In this document: positions 17,496 to 25,836 of the stretch, piece after piece
Position numbering within the stretch: the first letter of the stretch is position 1
How the letters are laid out: every line of letters starts with the position of its first letter
From: a virus
Taxonomy: Duplodnaviria > Heunggongvirae > Uroviricota > Caudoviricetes
Strand: one strand, 5' to 3'
Length of the DNA: 25,836 nucleotides
IMG/VR virus record: IMGVR_UViG_2526164601_000026
Notes under the pieces: model-generated
Databases searched by the model: none
Told to the model about the DNA's origin: nothing
What the model saw: the letters and a program-made list of their open reading frames with translations, nothing else
Made by a program: the position numbers and the translations under genes

Positions 17496-17700
17496 TGACC
17501 TTGAGCAAGGCAAGGGAGAAATTATGGGTAGGGAGGTACTTTCCCTGTGAGGAAGTATAAAAGATTCTTTCTGAGGTTGTCCATTATGAAAGGCATTGAA
17601 GTGGAGACGCCAGCCAGGCTGGATTTAACAAGAGCGGCAGCTTTTGCCATTCGTATTGTGGCCATTGCTGTTCTGGTCTGGGCAATCCGTTGGTGGTGAT

Positions 17701-18168
17701 ATGAACCGTGTTCTGTGCGTGGTTATCATTGTCCTGCTGGTGGCCTGTGGTGCGCTTAGTCTGGGGCTGAATCATTACCGTGATCACGCCATCATCTACA
17801 AAGAGCAGCGCGATAAAAAAGCCAGTGAGCTGGAGCTGGCGAACGCGACAATTACTGATATGCAGATACGCCAGCGTGATGTCGCTGCACTTGATGCCAG
17901 ATACTCGAGGGAATTAGCCGATGCGAGAGCTGAAAATGAAACTCTGCGTGCTGATGTTGCCGCTGGTCGTAAGCGCCTGCGGATCAACGCCACCTGCTCC
18001 GGTACCGTGCGTGAAGCCACCGGCACCTCCGGCGTGGATAATGCAACCGGCCCCCGACTGGCAGACACCGCTGAACGGGATTATTTCATCCTCAGAGAAC
18101 GGCTGATGGCAATGCAGAAGCAACTGGAAGGAGCACAGGAATATATCCGTACCCAGTGTATACCGTGA
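17701..18168 (+). CDS. Rz: Rz i-spanin
   Basis: Start MNRVLCVVIIVLLVACGALSLGLNHY (N-terminal TM) chosen over the upstream track start at 17644; coiled-coil-rich periplasmic domain. Embedded Rz1 in the +1 frame. Confidence 0.75.
   Translation: MNRVLCVVIIVLLVACGALSLGLNHYRDHAIIYKEQRDKKASELELANATITDMQIRQRDVAALDARYSRELADARAENETLRADVAAGRKRLRINATCSGTVREATGTSGVDNATGPRLADTAERDYFILRERLMAMQKQLEGAQEYIRTQCIP
17936..18106 (+). CDS. Rz1: Rz1 o-spanin lipoprotein (embedded in Rz)
   Basis: MKLCVLMLPLVVSAC lipobox followed by a proline-rich mature peptide; entirely within Rz in another frame. Confidence 0.65.
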   Translation: MKLCVLMLPLVVSACGSTPPAPVPCVKPPAPPAWIMQPAPDWQTPLNGIISSSENG

Positions 18169-18633
18169 TATTTTGTTATGAAGGTGTTACTGGTAACGTT
18201 AAGGTAATTTAACAAAGAGTCAGTTCCGGACTTTATAGTGTGCTCAGTTCATGGCCAAAAACGATTTCTGTGATAAATATTTTGAATATTATTTACAGGT
18301 AAATGGAGTGGGGCACATGGATAGAAATATTACAATAGAGAATGAAGTATATGCCCGTATTGTATGGGCAGAGAAGGCAAAAACACGGTAATTCCGTGTG
18401 TTGCCATGATACCTGATTGGCAGAATAGTTGTTTGGTTTTGAGTATATAGTCAGCGTTTTTTGTTCAGTAATTGCTCCCTCAAAAAATAATAAAACAAGG
18501 TGATTATTTTTGTTTATTATTTAGTTTTTTTTGTGTGTTGTTTTATTGTTTTTGCGTGGTTTGTTTTTTATTGTTATTTCATTAAGGGAAGGTAAATTCA
18601 GGATGGCAGTCTGTAGATAATCGGAGGTCACTT

Positions 18634-18948
18634 ATGCTACATGATCACGTGGCAGAATGTCTGGAGAAAAAAGGACTGTACCGGAGAGCAGCTGAACGAT
18701 GGGCAAAAGTGATGGTACAGCTAAGTGATGACCAGAAAAGAAAAGTGGCGGCACAGAAACGAGCAGAGTGTTTGCGTAAGGCGCGCCGGACTCCGGTTTC
18801 ACCGGTGAACCTGACCGAAATAAAACAAGCGGTCAACAGACTACATTCTGAGTTGGGAATGGGATTTGAAGAGCGGCGGGTATTCCGACGATATAAAGGG
18901 ACAGGAGAACAGAATACGTCCGGAAACGCGCGGTCAAAAAAATGCTAA
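18634..18948 (+). CDS. PerC/Pch-family transcriptional regulator-like protein
   Basis: 104-aa ORF MLHDHVAECLEKKGLYRRAAERWAKVM..., resembling the PerC-family N-terminal motif. Preceded by a ~200-bp AT/T-tract-rich region (18420-18620). Family call from memory. Confidence 0.55.
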   Translation: MLHDHVAECLEKKGLYRRAAERWAKVMVQLSDDQKRKVAAQKRAECLRKARRTPVSPVNLTEIKQAVNRLHSELGMGFEERRVFRRYKGTGEQNTSGNARSKKC

Positions 18949-18984
18949 AAAATATCTGAGAGAGTTATTGCCTGTTACCATAAG

Positions 18985-19011
18985 AAAAAGCGACTTTAGT
19001 GGTCGCTTTTT
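18985..19011. terminator. Bidirectional rho-independent terminator
   Basis: AAAAA-gcgac-tttagtg-gtcgc-TTTTT, between the convergent PerC-like gene (+) and the RHH gene (-). Confidence 0.5.
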
Positions 19012-19029
19012 GTGTCATATATAAGTCGT

Positions 19030-19254
19030 TTAAGTAAACCTGTCTGAACAGGTGCTCTGGTCGTGTTTGTCTTTGTTGGGTACAAATTGAGAATATTTTT
19101 CATTAATTAATCTTCTTCTGCAGGCTTCAATAACCCACGCTGAAAAATTACCTGAACCTTTCAGGTCAAGAGCGATGTTAATTTGTTCAATTATCTGGTT
19201 TGGAAATCGGATGTTGCGGGTTGTTGTTCTGCGGGTTCTGTTCTTTGATGACAT
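19030..19254 (-). CDS. Ribbon-helix-helix (Arc/CopG-like) DNA-binding protein
   Basis: 74-aa ORF with TRNIRFPNQIIEQINIALDLKGSGNFSAWVIEACRRRL, a typical RHH beta-strand/helix pattern. Confidence 0.5.
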   Translation of the reverse strand: MSSKNRTRRTTTRNIRFPNQIIEQINIALDLKGSGNFSAWVIEACRRRLINEKYSQFVPNKDKHDQSTCSDRFT

Positions 19255-19450
19255 AATGTTGCCCCGTATTCAGTGTTGCTGATTTGTATTATCTGAAGTT
19301 GCTTTTACGCTAATTTGATGCAGATCAATTAATACGATACCTGCGTAATAATTGATTATTTCTCGTGGTTTGATGGCGTACACACATGTCGTGATAAACC
19401 TCATGTAGATGATAATTATTATCATTTTCGTGGGTCCTTTCCGGCGATCC

Positions 19451-19473
19451 GACAGGTTACGGGGCGGCGACCT
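19451..19473. other. cos: Phage cos site (cosN cohesive-end sequence GGGCGGCGACCT at 19462-19473), lambda-type
   Basis: ...cgtgggtcctttccggcgatccgacaggttacg|GGGCGGCGACCTCGCGGGTTTTCGCTATTTATGA matches the joined lambda right and left ends as I recall them, about 215 nt upstream of Nu1. Confidence 0.8.
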
Positions 19474-19688
19474 CGCGGGTTTTCGCTATTTATGAGATTT
19501 TTTGAGGGGGAGTTGTTGTTTAATTGTTTGGTATATCTAATTGATAAGTAAGGTGAAAATAAAATAAATACAACAACCTTACGATGTGTTTTGATGTCGT
19601 CAATGCGAAAAATGTCAATGATATCAAATGGTTTTGTAAAAACACATGGTTGTTGTATCGCTTTTTATCGATGGCTTATGGAGAGGAG

Positions 19689-20195
19689 ATGGCCTTTTTA
19701 TTGAATAAAAGTGATATGGCCTCCTCCATCGGTATATCTGTTCAGGCATTTGATAAATGGGGCGTTCCTCCTGTTGAGCGTCGGGGGAGGGAAGTTTTTT
19801 ATGACGTTAAAACTGTACTGGAGATAGATCGCGAGCGGCGACAACACAATCAGAGAATACCTGATGACGAGGGCGATCTGGAGGAAAGGCTGCTTCGGGC
19901 CAGAGCTGAACTGACAGAAGAACAGGCCGTAGCTCAAAAACTTAAAAATCAGGTAACCGAAGGTAAGCTTATTGACACCGGATTCTGTATTTTTGCCCTC
20001 AGTAAGCTGGCAATGGTGTTATCCAGTACGCTTGATTCCATCCCTTTATCCATGCAGCGACAGTTTCCTGATTTAACACCGCGCCATCTTGACCATCTGA
20101 AAACCCTTATTGCTAAGGGGGCAAATCAGTGTGCGCGGGCAGGGGATAAATTACCGGATTTACTTGATGAATATATCAGAGCAACAACTGAATAA
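19689..20195 (+). CDS. nu1: Terminase small subunit (lambda Nu1-like)
   Basis: Aligns with lambda Nu1 (ours DTGFCIFALSKLAMVLSSTLDSIPLSMQRQFPDLTPRHLDHLK versus lambda ETAFCTFVLSRIAGEIASILDGLPLSVQRRFPELENRHVDFLK). GGAG RBS. Alternative start at 19671. 3' end overlaps terA by 29 nt, as in lambda. Confidence 0.8.
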   Translation: MAFLLNKSDMASSIGISVQAFDKWGVPPVERRGREVFYDVKTVLEIDRERRQHNQRIPDDEGDLEERLLRARAELTEEQAVAQKLKNQVTEGKLIDTGFCIFALSKLAMVLSSTLDSIPLSMQRQFPDLTPRHLDHLKTLIAKGANQCARAGDKLPDLLDEYIRATTE

Positions 20196-22094
20196 TATGA
20201 TGAGCGCTGTCACAACTGCATTACAGCCCCTGATAAGGGCATTGCCGGTGACGCCAGTTGAATGGGCTGATCAAAATTATTATCTGCCTAAAGAATCTTC
20301 ATATGGTGAGGGAGAATGGAAAAACGCTGCCATTCCAGATCGCCATCATGAACAGCATGGGGAATGATCAGATCCGCACTGTTAATCTGATTAAATCTGC
20401 CCGTGTTGGCTATACAAAGATGTTGCTGGGGGTGGTCGGGTATTTTATTGAGCATAAATCCCGAAACAGTCTGCTTTTTCAGCCCACGGATTCTGCCGCT
20501 GAAGATTTTATGAAGTCTCACGTGGAGGCGACGATTCGGAACGTGCCATGCCTGAAAGACCTTTCCCCATGGCTGGGTCGTAAACATCGTGACAATACTC
20601 TCACGCTGAAACGCTTTTCATCGGGCGTCGGTTTCTGGTGCCTGGGCGGTGCTGCCGCCAAAAACTACCGTGAAAAATCCGTGGACGTGGTCTGCTATGA
20701 CGAACTTTCCTCGTTCGAGCCGGATGTCGAAAAAGAGGGCTCGCCAACCCTGCTGGGGGATAAGCGTATTGAGGGGTCGGTGTGGCCAAAATCCATTCGC
20801 GGCTCGACGCCTAAAATCAAAGGCACCTGCCAGATCGAAAAAGCCGCTAACGAGTCGGCGCATTTTATGCGTTTTTATGTGCCCTGCCCGCACTGTGGGG
20901 AGGAGCAGTATCTGAAATTTGGCGATGAGTCCACGCCTTTTGGGCTTAAATGGGAGAAGGACAGCCCTGAAAGTGTTTTCTACCTCTGTGAACATCATGG
21001 CTGCGTGATCCATCAGTCTGAACTGGACCAGAGCAACGGGCGGTGGATCTGTGAAAACACGGGCATGTGGACCCGTGACGGTCTGACGTTTTTCAGCGCC
21101 CGGGGTGATGAAATTCCGCCGCCGCGCTCCATCACGTTCCATATCTGGACGGCGTACAGTCCGTTCACCACCTGGGTACAGATTGTCTATGACTGGCTGG
21201 ATGCACTGAAAGATCCCAACGGCCTGAAAACCTTTGTGAACACCACGCTGGGCGAGACCTGGGAAGAGGCCGTGGGCGAAAAACTCGATCACCAGGTACT
21301 GATGGATAAGGTGGTGCGTTACACGGCGGCGGTGCCTGCCCGGGTGGTTTATCTGACGGCGGGCATTGACTCGCAGCGAAACCGTTTTGAGATGTATGTC
21401 TGGGGATGGGCTCCGGGAGAGGAAGCCTTTCTGGTGGATAAAATCATCATTATGGGGCGTCCTGATGAGGAAGAGACGCTGTTACGTGTGGATGCGGCGA
21501 TCAACAAAAAATACCGCCATGCGGATGGCACCGAAATGACTATTTCCCGTGTCTGCTGGGACACCGGGGGGCTCGATGGTGAAATTGTTTATCAGAGATC
21601 AAAAAACACGGTGTTTCCGGGTGCTGCCGGTAAAAGGCGCGTCTGTCTATGGCAAGCCGGTGATCACCATGCCGAAAACCCGCAATCAGCGGGGCGTGTA
21701 TCTGTGTGAAGTGGGAACGGACACCGCAAAAGAAATTCTCTATGCCCGTATGAAAGCCGATCCCTCGCCTGCGGATGAAGCCACGTCGTATGCCATCCGT
21801 TTTCCTGATGATCCGGAGATTTTTTCGCAGACAGAGGCGCAGCAACTGGTGGCGGAAGAGCTGGTGGAGAAGTGGGAAAAAGGAAAGATGCGTCTGCTGT
21901 GGGATAACAAAAAGCGGCGTAACGAAGCGCTGGACTGCCTGGTGTATGCCTACGCGGCATTACGTGTGTCCGTGCAACGCTGGCAGCTTGATCTGGCTGT
22001 ACTGGCAAAATCCCGGGAAGAAGAGACGACCCGGCCAACCCTGAAAGAACTGGCAGCGAAGCTGTCCGGAGGAGTGAATGGTTACAGTCGCTGA
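20167..22094 (+). pseudogene. A: Terminase large subunit (lambda gpA-like), interrupted by two +1 frameshifts as given
   Basis: Three consecutive frame pieces (20167-20367, ~20320-21709, ~21600-22094) together align with lambda gpA end to end. Frame breaks lie in A runs at 20320-20324 and 21601-21606. Confidence 0.85.
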
Positions 22095-22284
22095 ACTGCA
22101 GGCGCTGCGTCAGGCGCGCCTTGATTTATTAACCGGTAAACGGGTGGTGTCTGTCCAGAAAGATGGACGAAGAATTGAATATACGGCGGCCTCTCTGGAT
22201 GATCTTAACCGGGCGATCAATGATGCGGAGTCAGTGCTGGGGACAACAAGCCGCCGCCGTCGTCCGCTGGGAGTGAGGTTATGA
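22078..22284 (+). CDS. W: Head-tail joining protein (lambda gpW-like)
   Basis: 68 aa, ...LLTGKRVVSVQKDGRRIEYTAASLDDL... versus lambda W ...[27 protein letters not shown].... Confidence 0.75.
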   Translation: MVTVAELQALRQARLDLLTGKRVVSVQKDGRRIEYTAASLDDLNRAINDAESVLGTTSRRRRPLGVRL

Positions 22285-23873
22285 AACGAACGCCTGTCCT
22301 GATTGATGTGAACGGTGTTCCGCTTCGGGAGAGCCTCAGCTACAACGGGGGCGGTGCAGGATTTGGCGGGCAAATGGCGGAGTGGTTGCCACCGGCGCAG
22401 AGTGCCGATGCGGCCCTGTTGCCCGCGTTGCGTCTGGGCAATGCCCGTGCAGATGATCTGGTGCGCAATAACGGGATAGCGGCCAATGCGGTGGCACTGC
22501 ATAAGGATCATATTGTCGGGCATATGTTTCTGATCAGCTACCGTCCGAACTGGCGCTGGCTGGGGATGCGGGAGACTGCAGCAAAAAGTTTTGTCGATGA
22601 GGTGGAGGCGGCCTGGTCGGAATACGCCGAAGGGATGTCTGGCGAGATCGACGTGGAAGGGAAACGCACGTTTACGGAATTTATCCGTGAAGGTGTGGGC
22701 GTTCATGCGTTTAACGGCGAAATCTTTGTGCAGCCGGTCTGGGATACGGAGAGCACGCAACTGTTTCGTACGCGTTTTAAAGCCGTGAGTCCGAAACGGG
22801 TGGACACGCCAGGACACGGTATGGGGAACCGTTTTCTGCGGGCCGGGGTGGAGGTCGATCGATATGGCCGTGCCGTTGCGTACCATATCTGTGAGGATGA
22901 TTTTCCGTTCTCTGGTAGTGGACGATGGGAACGGATCCCGCGTGAACTACCCACCGGGCGTCCGGCCATGCTGCATATTTTCGAGCCGGTGGAGGACGGG
23001 CAGACCCGTGGGGCTAATCAGTTTTACAGCGTCATGGAACGGCTGAAGATGCTGGATTCCCTGCAGGCAACACAGCTTCAGTCGGCCATTGTGAAAGCCA
23101 TGTATGCAGCGACGATTGAAAGTGAACTTGATACCGAAAAGGCCTTTGAATATATCGCCGGTGCGCCGCAGGGGCAGAAGGATAATCCGCTTATTAATAT
23201 TCTGGATAAGTTCTCCACCTGGTATGACACGAATAACGTGACGCTGGGCGGTGTCAAAATTCCGCACCTTTTCCCCGGTGATGATCTGAAACTGCAGACT
23301 GCGCAGGATTCAGACAATGGATTTTCGGCGCTTGAACAGGCGCTGCTGCGGTATATCGCCGCCGGTCTTGGCGTTTCCTACGAACAGTTGTCCCGGGATT
23401 ACTCGAAGGTCAGTTATTCAAGTGCCCGCGCCTCCGCCAATGAGTCGTGGCGCTATTTTATGGGACGACGAAAATTTATTGCGTCCCGGCTGGCCACGCA
23501 GATGTTTTCCTGCTGGCTGGAAGAGGCACTTCTTCGGGGGATTATTCGTCCGCCACGGGCGCGTTTTGATTTTTATCAGGCGCGATCAGCCTGGTCACGG
23601 GCTGAGTGGATTGGAGCCGGAAGAATGGCCATTGACGGGCTCAAGGAAGTCCAGGAATCAGTGATGCGCATTGAGGCCGGACTGAGCACGTATGAGAAAG
23701 AGCTGGCGCTGATGGGCGAGGATTATCAGGACATTTTCCGCCAGCAGGTCAGGGAATCTGCAGAGCGACAAAAAGCCGGACTCTCACGTCCGGTGTGGAT
23801 AGCGCAGGCGTATGAGCAGCAGATAGCGGAGAGTCGCAGGCCGGAAGAGGAGACAACACCACGTGAGACGTAA
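22281..23873 (+). CDS. B: Portal protein (lambda gpB-like)
   Basis: 530-aa ORF, ATGA overlap with W. Size and position match lambda gpB (533 aa). Confidence 0.85.
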   Translation: MKRTPVLIDVNGVPLRESLSYNGGGAGFGGQMAEWLPPAQSADAALLPALRLGNARADDLVRNNGIAANAVALHKDHIVGHMFLISYRPNWRWLGMRETAAKSFVDEVEAAWSEYAEGMSGEIDVEGKRTFTEFIREGVGVHAFNGEIFVQPVWDTESTQLFRTRFKAVSPKRVDTPGHGMGNRFLRAGVEVDRYGRAVAYHICEDDFPFSGSGRWERIPRELPTGRPAMLHIFEPVEDGQTRGANQFYSVMERLKMLDSLQATQLQSAIVKAMYAATIESELDTEKAFEYIAGAPQGQKDNPLINILDKFSTWYDTNNVTLGGVKIPHLFPGDDLKLQTAQDSDNGFSALEQALLRYIAAGLGVSYEQLSRDYSKVSYSSARASANESWRYFMGRRKFIASRLATQMFSCWLEEALLRGIIRPPRARFDFYQARSAWSRAEWIGAGRMAIDGLKEVQESVMRIEAGLSTYEKELALMGEDYQDIFRQQVRESAERQKAGLSRPVWIAQAYEQQIAESRRPEEETTPRET

Positions 23874-25368
23874 TCTTTCACACATTATTGCCGCAGCATT
23901 CAATGAACCGCTGCTTCTGGAGCCCGCCTATGCGCGGGTTTTCTTTTGCGCGCTCGGGCGCGAGATGGGGGCATCAAGTCTTTCGGTACCACAACAGCAG
24001 GTACAGTTTGATGCTCCCGGAATGCTGGCTGAAACGGACGAGTACATGGCCGGAGGTAAACGACCGGCCCGTGTTTACCGGGTGGTGAACGGTATTGCTG
24101 TACTGCCGGTGACCGGCACGCTGGTGCACCGGCTGGGGGGTATGCGGCCATTTTCCGGAATGACAGGCTATGACGGCATTGTCGCCTGTCTTCAGCAGGC
24201 AATGGCGGATAGCCAGGTGCGGGGCGTACTGCTGGACATTGACAGTCCGGGCGGGCAGGCCGCCGGCGCGTTTGACTGCGCTGACATGATTTACCGCCTC
24301 CGTCAGCAGAAGCCGGTCTGGGCACTGTGCAATGACACGGCCTGCTCTGCAGCCATGCTGCTGGCGTCGGCCTGCTCCCGACGGCTGGTTACCCAGACAT
24401 CCCGTATCGGCTCCATTGGCGTGATGATGAGCCATGTCAGCTATGCCGGTCATCTGGCGCAGGCCGGTGTTGATATCACGCTGATTTACTCAGGGGCGCA
24501 CAAGGTGGATGGCAATCAGTTTGAAGCGTTGCCGGCAGAGGTTCGCCAGGACATGCAACAGCGCATTGATGCGGCGCGCCGGATGTTTGCTGAAAAAGTA
24601 GCGATGTATACCGGTCTGTCTGTTGATGCTGTCACGGGAACAGAGGCCGCCGTTTTTGAAGGTCAGTCCGGCATTGAGGCCGGGCTGGCGGATGAATTAA
24701 TCAATGCGTCGGATGCCATCAGTGTGATGGCCACGGCGCTGAACAGTAATGTCAGAGGAGGCACTATGCCGCAATTAACTGCAACGGAAGCCGCCGCGCA
24801 GGAGAACCAGCGAGTGATGGGGATCCTGACATGCCAGGAAGCGAAAGGACGTGAACAGCTTGCCACGATGCTGGCAGGACAACAGGGCATGAGCGTTGAA
24901 CAGGCCCGGGCGATTCTGGCCGCGGCGGCACCACAGCAGCCGGTGGCATCCGCGCAGAGTGAAGCCGATCGCATTATGGCGTGTGAAGAAGCGAAAGGTC
25001 GTGAACAACTGGCGGCAACGCTGGCGGCGATGCCGGAGATGACGGTGGAAAAAGCCCGCCCGATCCTGGCTGCTTCACCGCAGGCGGATGCCGGACCCTC
25101 ACTCCGTGATCAGATCATGGCACTGGATGAGGCAAAAGGGGCTGAGGCGCAGGCTGAACAGCTGGCTGCCTGCCCGGGAATGACTGTGGAGAGCGCCCGG
25201 GCTGTGCTGGCTGCGGGATCAGGTAAGGCAGAACCGGTCTCTGCATCCACAACCGCCATGTTTGAACGCATCATGGCGAACCATTCACCGGCAGCGGTAC
25301 AGGGTGGCGTGCCACAGACGTCAGCAGACGGTGATGCGGACGTGAAAATGCTCATGGCCATGCCATGA
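23863..25368 (+). CDS. C: Head maturation protease / scaffold (lambda gpC-Nu3-like, S49 peptidase family)
   Basis: 501 aa starting at GTG and overlapping the portal stop. AFNEPLLLEPAYARVFFCAL and ...RRLVTQTSRIGSIGVMMSH... align with lambda gpC. The C-terminal region carries three copies of a repeat present once in lambda. Confidence 0.8.
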   Translation: MRRNLSHIIAAAFNEPLLLEPAYARVFFCALGREMGASSLSVPQQQVQFDAPGMLAETDEYMAGGKRPARVYRVVNGIAVLPVTGTLVHRLGGMRPFSGMTGYDGIVACLQQAMADSQVRGVLLDIDSPGGQAAGAFDCADMIYRLRQQKPVWALCNDTACSAAMLLASACSRRLVTQTSRIGSIGVMMSHVSYAGHLAQAGVDITLIYSGAHKVDGNQFEALPAEVRQDMQQRIDAARRMFAEKVAMYTGLSVDAVTGTEAAVFEGQSGIEAGLADELINASDAISVMATALNSNVRGGTMPQLTATEAAAQENQRVMGILTCQEAKGREQLATMLAGQQGMSVEQARAILAAAAPQQPVASAQSEADRIMACEEAKGREQLAATLAAMPEMTVEKARPILAASPQADAGPSLRDQIMALDEAKGAEAQAEQLAACPGMTVESARAVLAAGSGKAEPVSASTTAMFERIMANHSPAAVQGGVPQTSADGDADVKMLMAMP

Positions 25369-25404
25369 AGCCAGTGCTGACCATCAACAGGAGGTTTTTA
25401 CAAT

Positions 25405-25752
25405 ATGGTGACGAAAACTATCACTGAACAGCGTGCGGAAGTACGTATTTTTGCCGGTAATGATCCGGCTCATACCGCCACAGGCAGCAGCGGGATTTCC
25501 TCGGCAACACCGGCACTGACGCCCCTGATGCTGGATGAGGCCACCGGGAAACTGGTGGTCTGGGACGGACAGAAAGCCGGTAGTGCGGTTGGCATACTGG
25601 TACTGCCGCTTGAAGGCACAGAGACGGCGCTGACCTATTACAAGTCGGGGACCTTTGCGACGGAGGCAATCCGCTGGCCTGAAAGTGTGGATGAACACAA
25701 AAAGGCCAACGCCTTTGCCGGCAGTGCCCTGAGTCACGCGGCGCTGCCGTAA
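25405..25752 (+). CDS. D: Head decoration protein (lambda gpD-like)
   Basis: 115 aa, NDPAHTATGSSGISSATPALTPLMLDEATGKLVVWDG versus lambda D [37 protein letters not shown]. GGAGG RBS. Confidence 0.85.
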   Translation: MVTKTITEQRAEVRIFAGNDPAHTATGSSGISSATPALTPLMLDEATGKLVVWDGQKAGSAVGILVLPLEGTETALTYYKSGTFATEAIRWPESVDEHKKANAFAGSALSHAALP

Positions 25753-25809
25753 CACGTTATCAGGCCACCGCGGTGGCCTGACTGATTTCTGAATGAAAGG
25801 AACTGATTT

Positions 25810-25836
25810 ATGGGATTGTTTACGACCCGCCAGTTA
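25810..25836 (+). CDS. E: Major capsid protein (lambda gpE-like), 5' end only (truncated by window)
   Basis: AAGGAA RBS then ATG GGA TTG TTT ACG ACC CGC CAG TTA (MGLFTTRQL), compare lambda E MSMYTTAQL. Confidence 0.5.

Noticed and set aside
17644-17700. Upstream extension of Rz to the track start at 17644 (MPFVLWPLLFWSGQSVGGD...)
   Set aside because: Rz proteins begin with a short N-terminus directly followed by the TM helix. The ATG at 17701 gives that architecture, and the extension overlaps the separate 37-aa ORF.
20618-21292. 224-aa ORF on the minus strand inside the terminase large subunit gene
   Set aside because: Fully antisense to a gene with clear end-to-end homology to lambda gpA; a GC-rich open frame of the kind expected by chance; no RBS.
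22110-22886. 258-aa minus-strand ORF overlapping W and the portal gene
   Set aside because: Antisense to well-supported head genes, Arg/Pro-rich low-complexity translation, no RBS; taken as a spurious open frame.
23900-24453. Minus-strand ORFs of 141 and 159 aa within gpC
   Set aside because: Antisense to the protease/scaffold gene with Arg/Pro/Ala-rich translation typical of GC-rich antisense frames.
1-25836. CRISPR arrays or other regularly spaced short repeats
   Set aside because: No repeat-spacer periodicity seen; the only tandem repetition found is the in-frame coding triplication in gpC.

Overview
This window reads as a mosaic lambdoid (Qin/phage-21/933W-like) prophage segment of an Escherichia/Shigella-type genome, running from an early-left remnant into the head genes. 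All calls rest on reading the ORF translations, motifs and remembered family sequences; no database search was run. Left to right: a SieB-like membrane protein (44-535, -); a tightly coupled three-gene minus-strand operon (842-5423) encoding a membrane protein, a membrane-anchored CxxC thioredoxin-fold protein and a type IV coupling-protein-like P-loop ATPase; a decayed IS with a twice-frameshifted DDE transposase (5797-7134); flxA with a near-consensus sigma-28 promoter; relB-relE (both frameshifted as given) and hokD; rem-like, DUF968/YdfU-like, rusA and antiterminator Q; a PR'/tR' late-promoter region; two tRNAs (Ile2-CAU, Arg-UCU); an AT-rich cargo locus in the slot where Stx phages carry stxAB; a nanS-p-like esterase; a pinholin/SAR-endolysin/Rz/Rz1 lysis cassette with an inserted antisense ORF; a PerC/Pch-like regulator; a lambda-identical cos site; and Nu1, terminase large subunit (two frameshifts), W, portal, C, D and the start of E. 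The most interesting candidate system is the plasmid-type coupling module stranded in the prophage early region without any other T4SS genes. No cI/cro/N/O/P-type immunity or replication genes are visible. All six frameshifts sit in homopolymer runs, so sequencing error must be excluded before calling pseudogenes.
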